In this document: positions 1 through 7,335 of the stretch, piece after piece
Layout of the letters: each line of letters begins with the position of its first letter
Position numbering within the stretch: the first letter of the stretch is position 1
IMG/VR virus record: IMGVR_UViG_3300037264_004923
Coordinates: 1-64,000 of that record
Direction: 5' to 3' (one strand)
Source of the DNA: a virus
Length of the DNA: 64,000 nt
Notes under the pieces: model-generated
The model's input: the letters and a program-made list of their open reading frames with translations, nothing else
The model's database searches: none
What the model was told of the DNA's origin: nothing
Translations under genes and position numbers: made by a program

Positions 1-27
1 AACGATTTCTCCCATCTGAAACCGATT

Positions 28-594
28 ATGAGTTCTAACTTGGAAAGCCTGATAGAAATCGCCCATCGTGTCCTGCGATGTACCGATTGTGGCCTTTGCC
101 AGACCAGAACGAACGCAGTTCCGGGCGGGGGTTCTCCTGACGCGAAGATTCTACTCGTAGGAGAAGCACCGGGAGAAGAGGAAGATAAGCAAGGAAATCC
201 TTTCGTCGGCAAGGCAGGCAATCTCTTGAATGAGGGTCTTCGGAAAGCCGGGATTGGTAGGGAAGAGATCTTTATCACGAATGCGGTGAAGTGTCGTCCT
301 CCAGGCAACAGAAACCCCAGTGATGTGGAGACTGAGGCTTGTTCGAAGTACCTGAAGGAACAAATCGCAGTGCTCGAGCCAGAACTCGTTGTAGTTCTGG
401 GTAAGGTCGCTGCCCAAGCCCTCCTTGGTAGAGAAGTCAAGATCACCAAGGAGAACGGGACGCTCGATTTCCTGAATGACGGTACTACGGTGTTAATGGT
501 TCTTCATCCGGCGTATGTTTTGCGGAACCAAACGCCGGAGATCAAGGAAAGCTTCTTCAGCGGTCTGAAGCAGGCGAAAGAACTTATTTCCTAA
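28..594 (+). CDS. Uracil-DNA glycosylase, family 4 (Fe-S type)
   Basis: CxxC near the N-terminus, GEAPG motif, PFVGKAG, TNAVKCRPPGNR, C-terminal HPAY. Confidence 0.95.
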   Translation: MSSNLESLIEIAHRVLRCTDCGLCQTRTNAVPGGGSPDAKILLVGEAPGEEEDKQGNPFVGKAGNLLNEGLRKAGIGREEIFITNAVKCRPPGNRNPSDVETEACSKYLKEQIAVLEPELVVVLGKVAAQALLGREVKITKENGTLDFLNDGTTVLMVLHPAYVLRNQTPEIKESFFSGLKQAKELIS

Positions 595-667
595 GGGGAA
601 TAACATGGCCCTCGACGAGGTGCAGAAAGATATGAACAAAGAATTCATGAGGGAAACGAGAAAGAAT

Positions 668-755
668 GGAAGTAATGGGAGAACTGGCTGATCCCAGCTG
701 CCTGTAAAGCAGTCGTCTTCGGACATTGGAGGTTCGATTCCTTCTACTTCCACCA
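668..755 (+). tRNA. tRNA-Tyr(GTA)
   Basis: Acceptor GGAAGTA/TACTTCC, anticodon loop CTGTAAA, long variable arm, TTCGATT T-loop, encoded CCA. Confidence 0.93.
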
Positions 756-788
756 ACAAAATGGCAAGACATACAAAGGGGTTAGATA

Positions 789-1511
789 ATGCTCTCACTG
801 AGAGAGATCCTACCACAGATCTTCCACGTTCACCTGAAATCTGGGTATGATTTGGCATCCCTGTTCTTACGTTACCAAGAATACTATGAGTCGCCCAATC
901 CACGTTTTCGTGGCCAGATAGGGTGGTCCATCCTCGAGGATTACGCCCCTTGGTATGCTAAGACTTATGGAAAGGGTACCTTCAACTACCATTCTTCGTG
1001 GTCAGGCTTCAATATTCCTGGCACCGTTCTGGACTCTCATTTTCTGGCCGGTAATAGGCCGAGTATACCGGATCTAAGTCGTTACGATCTACTCATGGAG
1101 TCCATCTATTGGATCATACGAGGCGCCCTTCCAGAAGCTGATGCCAAGTTTTATCTTATCGGCACATCCGCCAAGGGCTTCCGTGGAGATGGAGATGTAG
1201 AAGGAGTTCTCTCTCATGAGATTGCCCATGGCCTCTACTATACTACGCCTGCCTATAAAACAGACGTGGAGAAGCTACTTTCGGAGATGGATGCTGATGC
1301 TTTTTCCGCCGCCAAAAAAGTTCTGGCGGACATGGGCTACGATGCGGCCACTCAGGTAGATGAGGTTCACGCCTACGCTTCCACTGGCCTCACAGAGAAG
1401 CTGGAACCCATTCTGACTTCCGAGATCTGCACTCCTTTCTTGGAGAACTTCACACGATGGCTGGAGAAGATGGCGGAGGCAAAACTACATAGTGTTCAAC
1501 AGGAGAGGTAG
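789..1511 (+). CDS. Hypothetical protein with HEXXH motif (putative zincin)
   Basis: HEIAH motif with downstream DEVHAY; stop codon lies inside the next tRNA. Confidence 0.6.
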   Translation: MLSLREILPQIFHVHLKSGYDLASLFLRYQEYYESPNPRFRGQIGWSILEDYAPWYAKTYGKGTFNYHSSWSGFNIPGTVLDSHFLAGNRPSIPDLSRYDLLMESIYWIIRGALPEADAKFYLIGTSAKGFRGDGDVEGVLSHEIAHGLYYTTPAYKTDVEKLLSEMDADAFSAAKKVLADMGYDAATQVDEVHAYASTGLTEKLEPILTSEICTPFLENFTRWLEKMAEAKLHSVQQER

Positions 1512-1591
1512 TCAAGAGGCCGAAGACGCCGCCCTGGAAAGGCGGTATGCGGGTAACCGTATCGCGAGTTCGAATCTCGCCCTCTCCGCCA
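1502..1591 (+). tRNA. tRNA-Ser(GGA)
   Basis: GGAGAGG/CCTCTCC acceptor, CTGGAAA loop, long variable arm, G73 plus CCA. Confidence 0.95.
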
Positions 1592-1602
1592 AGGAAAACC
1601 CC

Positions 1603-1776
1603 ATGGTAAAATCTCCATGTGTCAAGCTCTGTGTGATGAACTTGGAAAAGCAGATGTGCGAAGGCTGCTACCGTACGCAGGAAGAGATCGGTGGATGGCG
1701 GAAGCGTAGCGAGGAAGAGCAACTTGCCATCCTCAAACGCATAGAGGAACGGAAGAAAGGCATCGCAGACAAGTAG
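1603..1776 (+). CDS. DUF1289-like small Cys-rich protein
   Basis: SPCVKLC..CEGCYRTQEEI..W pattern; AAGGA RBS before the ATG at 1603. Confidence 0.8.
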   Translation: MVKSPCVKLCVMNLEKQMCEGCYRTQEEIGGWRKRSEEEQLAILKRIEERKKGIADK

Positions 1777-1867
1777 GAGAGGTGGCAGAGGCTGGCTGAA
1801 TGCACCTGTCTTGAAAACAGGAAAAGCTGAAAGGCTTTCGGGGGTTCGAGTCCCTCCCTCTCCGCCA
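1776..1867 (+). tRNA. tRNA-Ser(TGA)
   Basis: GGAGAGG/CCTCTCC acceptor, CTTGAAA loop, long variable arm, GCCA end. Confidence 0.95.
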
Positions 1868-1955
1868 CGCAAAGGAGACCTATCGAGAAATGACTTGCCG
1901 TAATTTTCGAGGCGGGGAAAATAACTTCCTCACCATTTTATGAAAGGAAAGTATA

Positions 1956-2225
1956 ATGCAACCGCAACCTGATCCCCGTATCCACAAGAACGATTTAGCC
2001 TCCTTCACTTCCAACGGGAAACGCTTCGTGGTAAACGGAAGCCCTGGTGTCCCCAGAAACGCCTGTGTAGAGGAGTTCGACGGAACCCTACGATGTTGGG
2101 CTTCCAAGGAATGGCTGGACGATGCCGCGGCGAACTACGTGCGCGCCAACGCAACCTTCCGACCTGAGAATAACTGCTTCGTTTGGAATGAAGGCGTTCG
2201 GGTTTGGGAAGTGAGAAAGGGGTAG
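1956..2225 (+). CDS. Hypothetical protein
   Basis: ORF with AAAGGA RBS, on the coding strand. Confidence 0.6.
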   Translation: MQPQPDPRIHKNDLASFTSNGKRFVVNGSPGVPRNACVEEFDGTLRCWASKEWLDDAAANYVRANATFRPENNCFVWNEGVRVWEVRKG

Positions 2226-2227
2226 AC

Positions 2228-2389
2228 ATGGAAAAGAAACGCATCGAGTACCTGTTGAATCGCTACGACTTCAGGAAGAAAGAAGTCTCCAACCAGGGCG
2301 CGGAAGGACCCAGCTTCCAAGAAGCGGTTCATGCTCTGGTGGAGTGCTTGGATGAACTGAACACCAGCGACCCTGTCGTGGAGGCGTAG
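2228..2389 (+). CDS. Hypothetical protein
   Basis: ATG 2228 with AAAGGGG RBS, tightly packed between neighbours. Confidence 0.55.
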   Translation: MEKKRIEYLLNRYDFRKKEVSNQGAEGPSFQEAVHALVECLDELNTSDPVVEA

Positions 2390-2391
2390 GG

Positions 2392-2610
2392 ATGCGCTTC
2401 GCTCCAGGTCCCTTGGGTAGGCCGCTGACGCCGCACGAAGAAACTTGTAGCTGCCCTGGTGCCCAAGAAGCCAGGCACAAGGCCGGGAAAAGAAAAGACA
2501 CAGACGACATGCCGCTACTGTGGTGCGATTATGAAGAGTGTGAGATCATCATGCTGCAGTGGATAGCCAAAGATCCAAACTGGAAAGATGGAGAATACGA
2601 TCCTAGATGA
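2392..2610 (+). CDS. Hypothetical small Cys-containing protein
   Basis: Tightly packed ORF with GGAGG RBS. Confidence 0.5.
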   Translation: MRFAPGPLGRPLTPHEETCSCPGAQEARHKAGKRKDTDDMPLLWCDYEECEIIMLQWIAKDPNWKDGEYDPR

Positions 2611-2987
2611 GAAACGGCCCATACCTACTACGAATAGCCCCGAGCGACTATCCTGGAAAGAAATACAGGGATAGGTAAGCCTACGAGCACCACCTCGTGT
2701 GGTGGCAGACTACCGGGGAAGTAATAGATACGGAAACCTTCATCATTCATCACACGAATGAAGACAAGCACGACAACAGGTTCCAGAACCTAGAGAAAAT
2801 GCTGAGAGCGGAGCACTCGAGAGAGCACTCTATGATAGCGGAAACCCGCATCATTGTTTGTGATTGGTGCGGCATAAAGTTCGAGAGAACTCTACGGAAC
2901 ATAAAATCCCATATCAGGGCCGGAGCCAAGCACTCCTTCTGCTGCCGTTCCCACCAAGTTAGATTCCAACAGAAATACCAGAGATAG
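2607..2987 (+). pseudogene. HNH homing endonuclease with in-frame TAA at 2676-2678
   Basis: Frame from ATG 2607 reads MRNGPYLLRIAPSDYPGKKYRDR*AYEHHLVWW...IIHHTNEDKHDNRFQNLE followed by a C-terminal Cys/Zn motif. Confidence 0.8.
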
Positions 2988-2989
2988 AT

Positions 2990-3061
2990 TGGGCAGTACC
3001 ATAACGGCAATGGACCTCCCTGTTAAGGAGTTGTATGTAGGTTCAAATCCTACCTGCCCAG
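2990..3061 (+). tRNA. tRNA-Asn(GTT), no encoded CCA
   Basis: TGGGCAG/CTGCCCA acceptor, CTGTTAA loop, G73. Confidence 0.9.
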
Positions 3062-3094
3062 CAAGTAAAGGAAAAACAAACAAAGGAAAGCCAG

Positions 3095-3292
3095 ATGGAT
3101 GAAAGAGCCCAGAAATACATACAGGAGGTGACGCCGTCGGAGTACCTGAGCGAAGATCCTGTGCTGGAACTGATAGAGTCTCACAAAAGGCAACGACAGA
3201 TAGTCGGAGAAGAAACGGAGAGAAGGTTGAGAGCCCACCAACGGCTGTGGTTCCTGCCGTTTCGTGTTCGACGCTGGCTGCAGGGGTTTTAG
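3095..3292 (+). CDS. Hypothetical protein
   Basis: ORF with AAAGGA RBS. Confidence 0.55.
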   Translation: MDERAQKYIQEVTPSEYLSEDPVLELIESHKRQRQIVGEETERRLRAHQRLWFLPFRVRRWLQGF

Positions 3293-3294
3293 AC

Positions 3295-3810
3295 ATGTAT
3301 GCCCGTCGTAGCAACGAGGTTCGGGGATTCGTGGATTTTCCGATCAACGACCCTGCTTACAAGAACTCAGGGGAAGGAGGCATGTTCGTTCGTCTAGTGG
3401 TCGCGGAGAACGAACCTGATACTTATTGGGGAGTTTGCTGCGGCGGAACTCAGAGTTTTCTCTACGACGAGCTACTTCTGGGAGATGACGTCACCCGAGA
3501 TCTAAGCTTCGAGGAATCTATAGTAGTATCGTCTTCCGAAGGATATCCGTCCGAAAACTTTCACTTTCCTCGCCGACGGGAGGTCTTCAACGAACCACCA
3601 GGTAAGCTGGATCCATACCTCTCCGTTCCCTACCTGAGTATTATCACGCTCGGTACTACAGGGTGGTCCGGTTGGAATGAGAACAGTGTGAAATACTTTC
3701 GCTGCCGATACGAAAATCTAACGGCGGAAGGTAAAGAACTGTACGACATGATCAAGAAGCTGTACGAGGGTAAGGGTACTCTCTACTTACAGACTTGGTT
3801 GGATACATAG
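3295..3810 (+). CDS. Hypothetical protein
   Basis: ATG 3295 directly follows the upstream stop; 171 aa. Confidence 0.65.
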   Translation: MYARRSNEVRGFVDFPINDPAYKNSGEGGMFVRLVVAENEPDTYWGVCCGGTQSFLYDELLLGDDVTRDLSFEESIVVSSSEGYPSENFHFPRRREVFNEPPGKLDPYLSVPYLSIITLGTTGWSGWNENSVKYFRCRYENLTAEGKELYDMIKKLYEGKGTLYLQTWLDT

Positions 3811-3818
3811 AGGTAGGC

Positions 3819-3980
3819 ATGGACGCGGAAGTATTATCAGTGCTGAGCAAGATTTTGAACCATCACCAGAACATCGAGGACCTCTACGAGGCGGATATGG
3901 ATCCTACCTTGAAGTTCCTGAAGATGGGTGAGGAGAACGAAGAGATCGGCAAGTTGGTCATGGAAATCCTGCCGGGATAA
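3819..3980 (+). CDS. Hypothetical protein
   Basis: GAGG RBS, ATG 3819. Confidence 0.55.
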   Translation: MDAEVLSVLSKILNHHQNIEDLYEADMDPTLKFLKMGEENEEIGKLVMEILPG

Positions 3981-3992
3981 AAGGAATACGAC

Positions 3993-4274
3993 ATGGATCT
4001 ACTGAAGCTCCTGGGCAACATCGATCTGAACAAGATCGCAGCCGATGTAATGTCGAAGATGAAGATCCAACCCTTTGACCTTTACTTCGTGGTGGATCAG
4101 CAGCCAAGTACAGGTAAATACGAGTTCCTAGGAATGACCTACACCCACGAAGCTGCCCGACAGCTTGTTGGGCAACAGAGGGACGGACAACAGGTCAAGA
4201 TCCTCAAGATGGAGATGGGAAACGCGGTACGGATAATGAAAGAAATGGGACTGGTTCAGGACGTCAAGGTTTGA
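3993..4274 (+). CDS. Hypothetical protein
   Basis: AAGGA RBS, 93 aa. Confidence 0.65.
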   Translation: MDLLKLLGNIDLNKIAADVMSKMKIQPFDLYFVVDQQPSTGKYEFLGMTYTHEAARQLVGQQRDGQQVKILKMEMGNAVRIMKEMGLVQDVKV

Positions 4275-4299
4275 CATCCGGGCTTGAATGTTCTATCAT
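4271..4299 (+). promoter_or_regulatory. Sigma70-type promoter upstream of the cold-shock gene and tRNAs
   Basis: TTGACA-17 nt-TATCAT. Confidence 0.75.
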
Positions 4300-4383
4300 T
4301 TAGATGTGGGCAGAGTGTTTCAGCCCACGCTAATAAGTGCTGCTATTTCTAGCGGCCAGTAAAAAGGAAAAAGGTAAATTAGT

Positions 4384-4587
4384 ATGGAATTTGGCGTTGT
4401 GAAATTTTTCGATGAGAAGAAAGGTTTTGGTTTTATCACTCCAGATGAGGGTACGAAGGACGTCTTCGTGCATTTTTCTAACATTTCTGCCGAGGGCTTC
4501 CGCACGTTGGAAGAGGGACAGAAGGTAGAATACGAATCGGGTGAAGGTCGCAAAGGACCAGAAGCTCGGAACGTAAAAGCAGTCTGA
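4384..4587 (+). CDS. cspA: Cold-shock domain protein
   Basis: [15 protein letters not shown] (RNP1) and DVFVHFS (RNP2); 67 aa. Confidence 0.97.
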   Translation: MEFGVVKFFDEKKGFGFITPDEGTKDVFVHFSNISAEGFRTLEEGQKVEYESGEGRKGPEARNVKAV

Positions 4588-4596
4588 TAACAGAAT

Positions 4597-4618
4597 CCCA
4601 GTTCCAGAAGGAACTGGG
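4597..4618 (+). terminator. Hairpin after the csp gene (terminator or processing stem)
   Basis: CCCAGTTCC-AGAA-GGAACTGGG perfect 9-bp stem; weak U tract. Confidence 0.45.
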
Positions 4619-4682
4619 CTTCACAAGGATGTTGCCACATGAGACGCACCGCCGTCCAACTGGGACGGTACAAGTCAAGAAA

Positions 4683-4754
4683 CAGGGCGTAGCGCAGAGG
4701 CAGCGCGTCTGGCCTGGGCCCAGAAAGTCGGAGGTTCGATTCCTCCCGCCCTGA
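4683..4754 (+). tRNA. tRNA-Pro(TGG), C at position 33, no encoded CCA
   Basis: CAGGGCG/CGCCCTG acceptor, TCTGG/CCAGA anticodon stem with loop CCTGGGC. Confidence 0.85.
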
Positions 4755-4766
4755 TAAGTTTCGAAC

Positions 4767-4841
4767 GGTAGCCGTAGTGTAATGGTGGCACGTCAGGTTG
4801 TGACCCTGAAAGAATGGGATCGTTCCCCGTCGGTTACCCCA
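4767..4841 (+). tRNA. tRNA-His(GTG) with G-1
   Basis: 8-bp acceptor GGTAGCCG/CGGTTACC, TTGTGAC loop, atypical T-loop ATCGTTC, CCA. Confidence 0.88.
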
Positions 4842-4870
4842 AAATGTTTCAGAGTAGAGGAATAATTCTA

Positions 4871-4945
4871 GGTCGAGTAGCCAAGAGGCCAAGCAAAAGT
4901 CTGCAAAACTTTCATACGCGGGTTCGACTCCCGCCTCGACTTCCA
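4871..4945 (+). tRNA. tRNA-Cys(GCA)
   Basis: GGTCGAG/CTCGACT acceptor, CTGCAAA loop, U73 plus CCA. Confidence 0.92.
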
Positions 4946-4967
4946 ATCAATAACGGGGAGATTTTCC

Positions 4968-5414
4968 ATGGCTGTTTTCTATCTGGAAGTTCATCAAGAG
5001 GGCGAACTCGTCCTAGACGAGATGCATGCCTCCGAGGAAGGCGCCAAGGTCTCCTTAAGTGCTTTCGTCCACAACTATTGGGACATCGATATTATAGGGA
5101 GGGACCCCTATACCATTTCAGCCAAGGAAGCCATAGCCCTTTTCTTCGATGTCACGGAATTTTCCTCCTACTCTATAACTCCCTACAAACTCCAAGGAGA
5201 AATTCCAGCGGAGGCGCCGGTTCCCCACCCAAACCCGTTTCCGGGCATGGAACCTGTGCCCCTACAAGACGTGGAAGTGAGGATTATCAGCGCCTGCTTG
5301 GCGATGGTGACGCCGGGGATCGTTAGGAAATACATCCAACAGTATTTTGAGCACGATTATCCCATCGAATACGTGCAGAAGGCGCAGGCGGCCGTGATAA
5401 AGAAGATGGAGTAG
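4968..5414 (+). CDS. Hypothetical protein
   Basis: GGGGAG RBS, 148 aa. Confidence 0.65.
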   Translation: MAVFYLEVHQEGELVLDEMHASEEGAKVSLSAFVHNYWDIDIIGRDPYTISAKEAIALFFDVTEFSSYSITPYKLQGEIPAEAPVPHPNPFPGMEPVPLQDVEVRIISACLAMVTPGIVRKYIQQYFEHDYPIEYVQKAQAAVIKKME

Positions 5415-5525
5415 AGATGTATCTCTGGGTCAGATGTCGCAGTACTATCGGGCAATCGAGGGTCGTGAGATTAGCCGTAGCCAAATAAGACCATAGTAGA
5501 AAGGACTCTGAAAAACTGGAGTAGT

Positions 5526-5885
5526 ATGTTCATTCCCGGCGACGTAGCCGCCTATCTTTCCACTCTAGAACCAGGTGCGTTAGTTCAGACACGCTTCTGG
5601 ATTGTGCTTCGAATAAAGAAGCAAGACTTTGGTGACCGACTGGAGATGCATCCTATAATAGACATGATGGTCCCCAAGGATGGCTTCGGGGAGTTCATTG
5701 GCATCGTAAGGAATAGCGACGAGTTATACAATGTTGTCACCCCCGATCCGAAAAAGGATGACGACAAGAAGAGGGACTTCATCTACCTAACCTACAAGGT
5801 TAAGGTACAAGGACAGACGGGCTGGAAGAAGCTGATAGAGTTTCTCGCCCAAAATGAAATGCTGGAAGAAGATCAGGAGCATTGA
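5526..5885 (+). CDS. Hypothetical protein
   Basis: GGAG RBS, 119 aa. Confidence 0.6.
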   Translation: MFIPGDVAAYLSTLEPGALVQTRFWIVLRIKKQDFGDRLEMHPIIDMMVPKDGFGEFIGIVRNSDELYNVVTPDPKKDDDKKRDFIYLTYKVKVQGQTGWKKLIEFLAQNEMLEEDQEH

Positions 5886-5986
5886 TTTAGTACCACCATG
5901 TATACCTACCACAAATGTAGGTGCCAAGTCTGCAAAGATGCCTGGAATACTCTGATCAGAAAGTACAAGCAAAAGGCCAGGAATAA

Positions 5987-6273
5987 GCGCTCTTAGCTCA
6001 ATTGGCAGAGCAGCGGGCTTCAAATAGGAGCCCTTATAGGGAAACCCATAAGGTGAATCCGGTCAAATTCGGGGAACCCCTACAGGAGGCGTCCTAAGGC
6101 AACCCCGAGCCAAGCCCAGACATGGGAAGGTGTAGAGACTTGACGGCCGGGACCTAAAGGCGAAAGCCCATGGTCGTGAGAAAGTCCAGACCAGCAAGCC
6201 GTACAGGTGGCTTGGGAAACCAAGTGCTGGTAAGTTAACCCGTCGGTTGAAGGTTCGACTCCTTCAGGGCGCA
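5987..6273 (+). tRNA. tRNA-Lys(TTT) interrupted by a group I intron
   Basis: 5' exon 5987-6020 (GCGCTCT...GCGGG CT T) and 3' exon 6235-6273 (TT AA CCCGT...AGGGCGC A) join into a canonical cloverleaf with anticodon TTT and A73. Confidence 0.88.
6021..6234 (+). ncRNA. Self-splicing group I intron (IC3-like, 214 nt, no ORF)
   Basis: P1 GGGCTT/GAGCCC with U.G at the splice site; core motifs CAAATTCGGGGAA, GGCAACCCCGAGCCAAGC, AAGGTGTAGAGACT, AAAGTCCAG; terminal G. Confidence 0.92.
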
Positions 6274-6293
6274 TCAGTTCTACGCCGCGTTGA

Positions 6294-6365
6294 AGGCCGT
6301 GAGCCGGCGCTCAAGCGGATCTCCAAAATCTGTTGTCCGAGGATCGACACCTCGACGGCCTGCCA
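6294..6365 (+). tRNA. Non-canonical tRNA with CCA anticodon (Trp), tRNA-Pyl-like fold
   Basis: AGGCCGT/ACGGCCT acceptor, G73, CCA end; D stem GAGC/GCTC with 4-nt loop CGGC and no linker; 6-7 bp anticodon stem; loop CTCCAAA; T arm CGAGG-ATCGACA-CCTCG. Confidence 0.8.
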
Positions 6366-6378
6366 CATAGGAGTACTC

Positions 6379-6525
6379 ATGCAAATCGAAGATCTCGGTA
6401 GAAGTTTGGCAACAATTGTTGTTTGGTCCGCGCCAGCATTTTCTTGTTGGGCGACAGGTTCCCCAGCGGTCGCGTGGGTGTTCCTTCTCTCCTTCATCGC
6501 TACACCAATGATCTGGAGAGACTGA
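6379..6525 (+). CDS. Small hydrophobic (membrane) protein
   Basis: AGGAG RBS, 48 aa, hydrophobic. Confidence 0.55.
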   Translation: MQIEDLGRSLATIVVWSAPAFSCWATGSPAVAWVFLLSFIATPMIWRD

Positions 6526-6529
6526 TTAT

Positions 6530-6605
6530 ACGCGCGTAGCTCAGTGGTAGAGCACTGCGTTTACATCGCAGGTTGTCGCTGGTTCAATCCCAGTCGCGCG
6601 TACCA
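6530..6605 (+). tRNA. tRNA-Val(TAC)
   Basis: ACGCGCG/CGCGCGT acceptor, TTTACAT loop, CCA. Confidence 0.93.
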
Positions 6606-6625
6606 TTTTATTCCACGAGGTATAG

Positions 6626-7141
6626 ATGATTGAGATCGGAGCTCTAAAACTACAGGGAGGCAAGGGGACTATCCCACGCTCCCGTAAAGAAACCAAGACA
6701 GCCCTAAAGAAGTTGGCTGGCGTCTTGGGATTAGAGCTCTGCTTTGTCATTCGCAAAGAGAAAAGCGATTCCTACACGGAAATACCCAACGCAAAAGCGA
6801 TCATCTGCGAGGGAACCAAGAAGGAAGGACTCTTTCCTCGTTGGTTGTTGATCCATTGTGCTCTTCATGAAATGGTGCATTGGATTCAATACAACGAGGG
6901 GTTGTTCAAGGATTACTATCCTCGCCCCTATTACGGGAAGTGGCTCTGGCCATCTCCGCAAGACAGATTACGACTCGCGCTTCGAGCAGAGAGACACTGC
7001 GACTTCTGGGCCAGAAGAATGAGCGATGAGTTCTTTGGTAGCCACCTAAAAGTTGGTGGTACCATATATGACGATCCCATAAAGGGTGCAGCATTTCTCC
7101 GCAAGATGGCGAAGGAGTCCCCTGATCCTATCTTCTCCTAA
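6626..7141 (+). CDS. HEXXH-containing hypothetical protein (putative metallopeptidase)
   Basis: LHEMVHWIQ motif and downstream ERHCD. Confidence 0.6.
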   Translation: MIEIGALKLQGGKGTIPRSRKETKTALKKLAGVLGLELCFVIRKEKSDSYTEIPNAKAIICEGTKKEGLFPRWLLIHCALHEMVHWIQYNEGLFKDYYPRPYYGKWLWPSPQDRLRLALRAERHCDFWARRMSDEFFGSHLKVGGTIYDDPIKGAAFLRKMAKESPDPIFS

Positions 7142-7147
7142 TCTTAT

Positions 7148-7224
7148 GCCCCGGTAGCTCAACGGTTAGAGCAGCGATCTTATTAATCGACGGTTGGTGG
7201 GTTCAAATCCTCCCCGGGGTACCA
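7148..7224 (+). tRNA. tRNA-Ile(TAT)
   Basis: GCCCCGG/CCGGGGT acceptor, CGAT/ATCG stem with loop CTTATTA (anticodon TAT, U at 37), A73 plus CCA. Confidence 0.8.
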
Positions 7225-7253
7225 GAGTCTCAGAAGTAGAGAGTATCTTTCTG

Positions 7254-7333
7254 ACGAGTCGTATAGATCTGAAATCTATACGCACTCACGGTTCAGCAAT
7301 TACGCTGAAACGACGTCGAAAAAGGACGGTGAA
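7254..7333 (+). promoter_or_regulatory. Candidate cis-regulatory three-stem RNA, copy 1 (leader of NadM-NUDIX)
   Basis: AC-GAGT..ACTC-A-CG..CG-A-CGTC..GACG-GTGAA; same architecture as 8239-8300. Confidence 0.6.
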
Positions 7334-7335
7334 CT

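Noticed and set aside
4320-4946. Minus-strand ORFs across tRNA genes (also 1450-1872, 2892-3347)
   Set aside because: They are reverse translations of tRNA sequences (EGFEP-type artefacts).
2676-5885. Alternative genetic code or stop-codon reassignment suggested by two in-frame stops
   Set aside because: TAA, TAG and TGA all end well-conserved genes at the expected positions, long genes are uninterrupted, and no suppressor anticodon (CTA, TTA, TCA) was found.
6019-6237. Reading the intron-containing tRNA as Asn(GTT)
   Set aside because: G6234 is needed as the intron's terminal G, the P1 U.G pair places the 5' splice site after T6020, and A73 fits Lys rather than Asn.
7251-7325. Hammerhead ribozyme (CTGACGA...GAAA)
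   Set aside because: The GAAA does not directly follow a stem II closure, and I could not build stems I and III with a cleavage triplet. The shared three-stem motif with 8239-8300 explains the region better.
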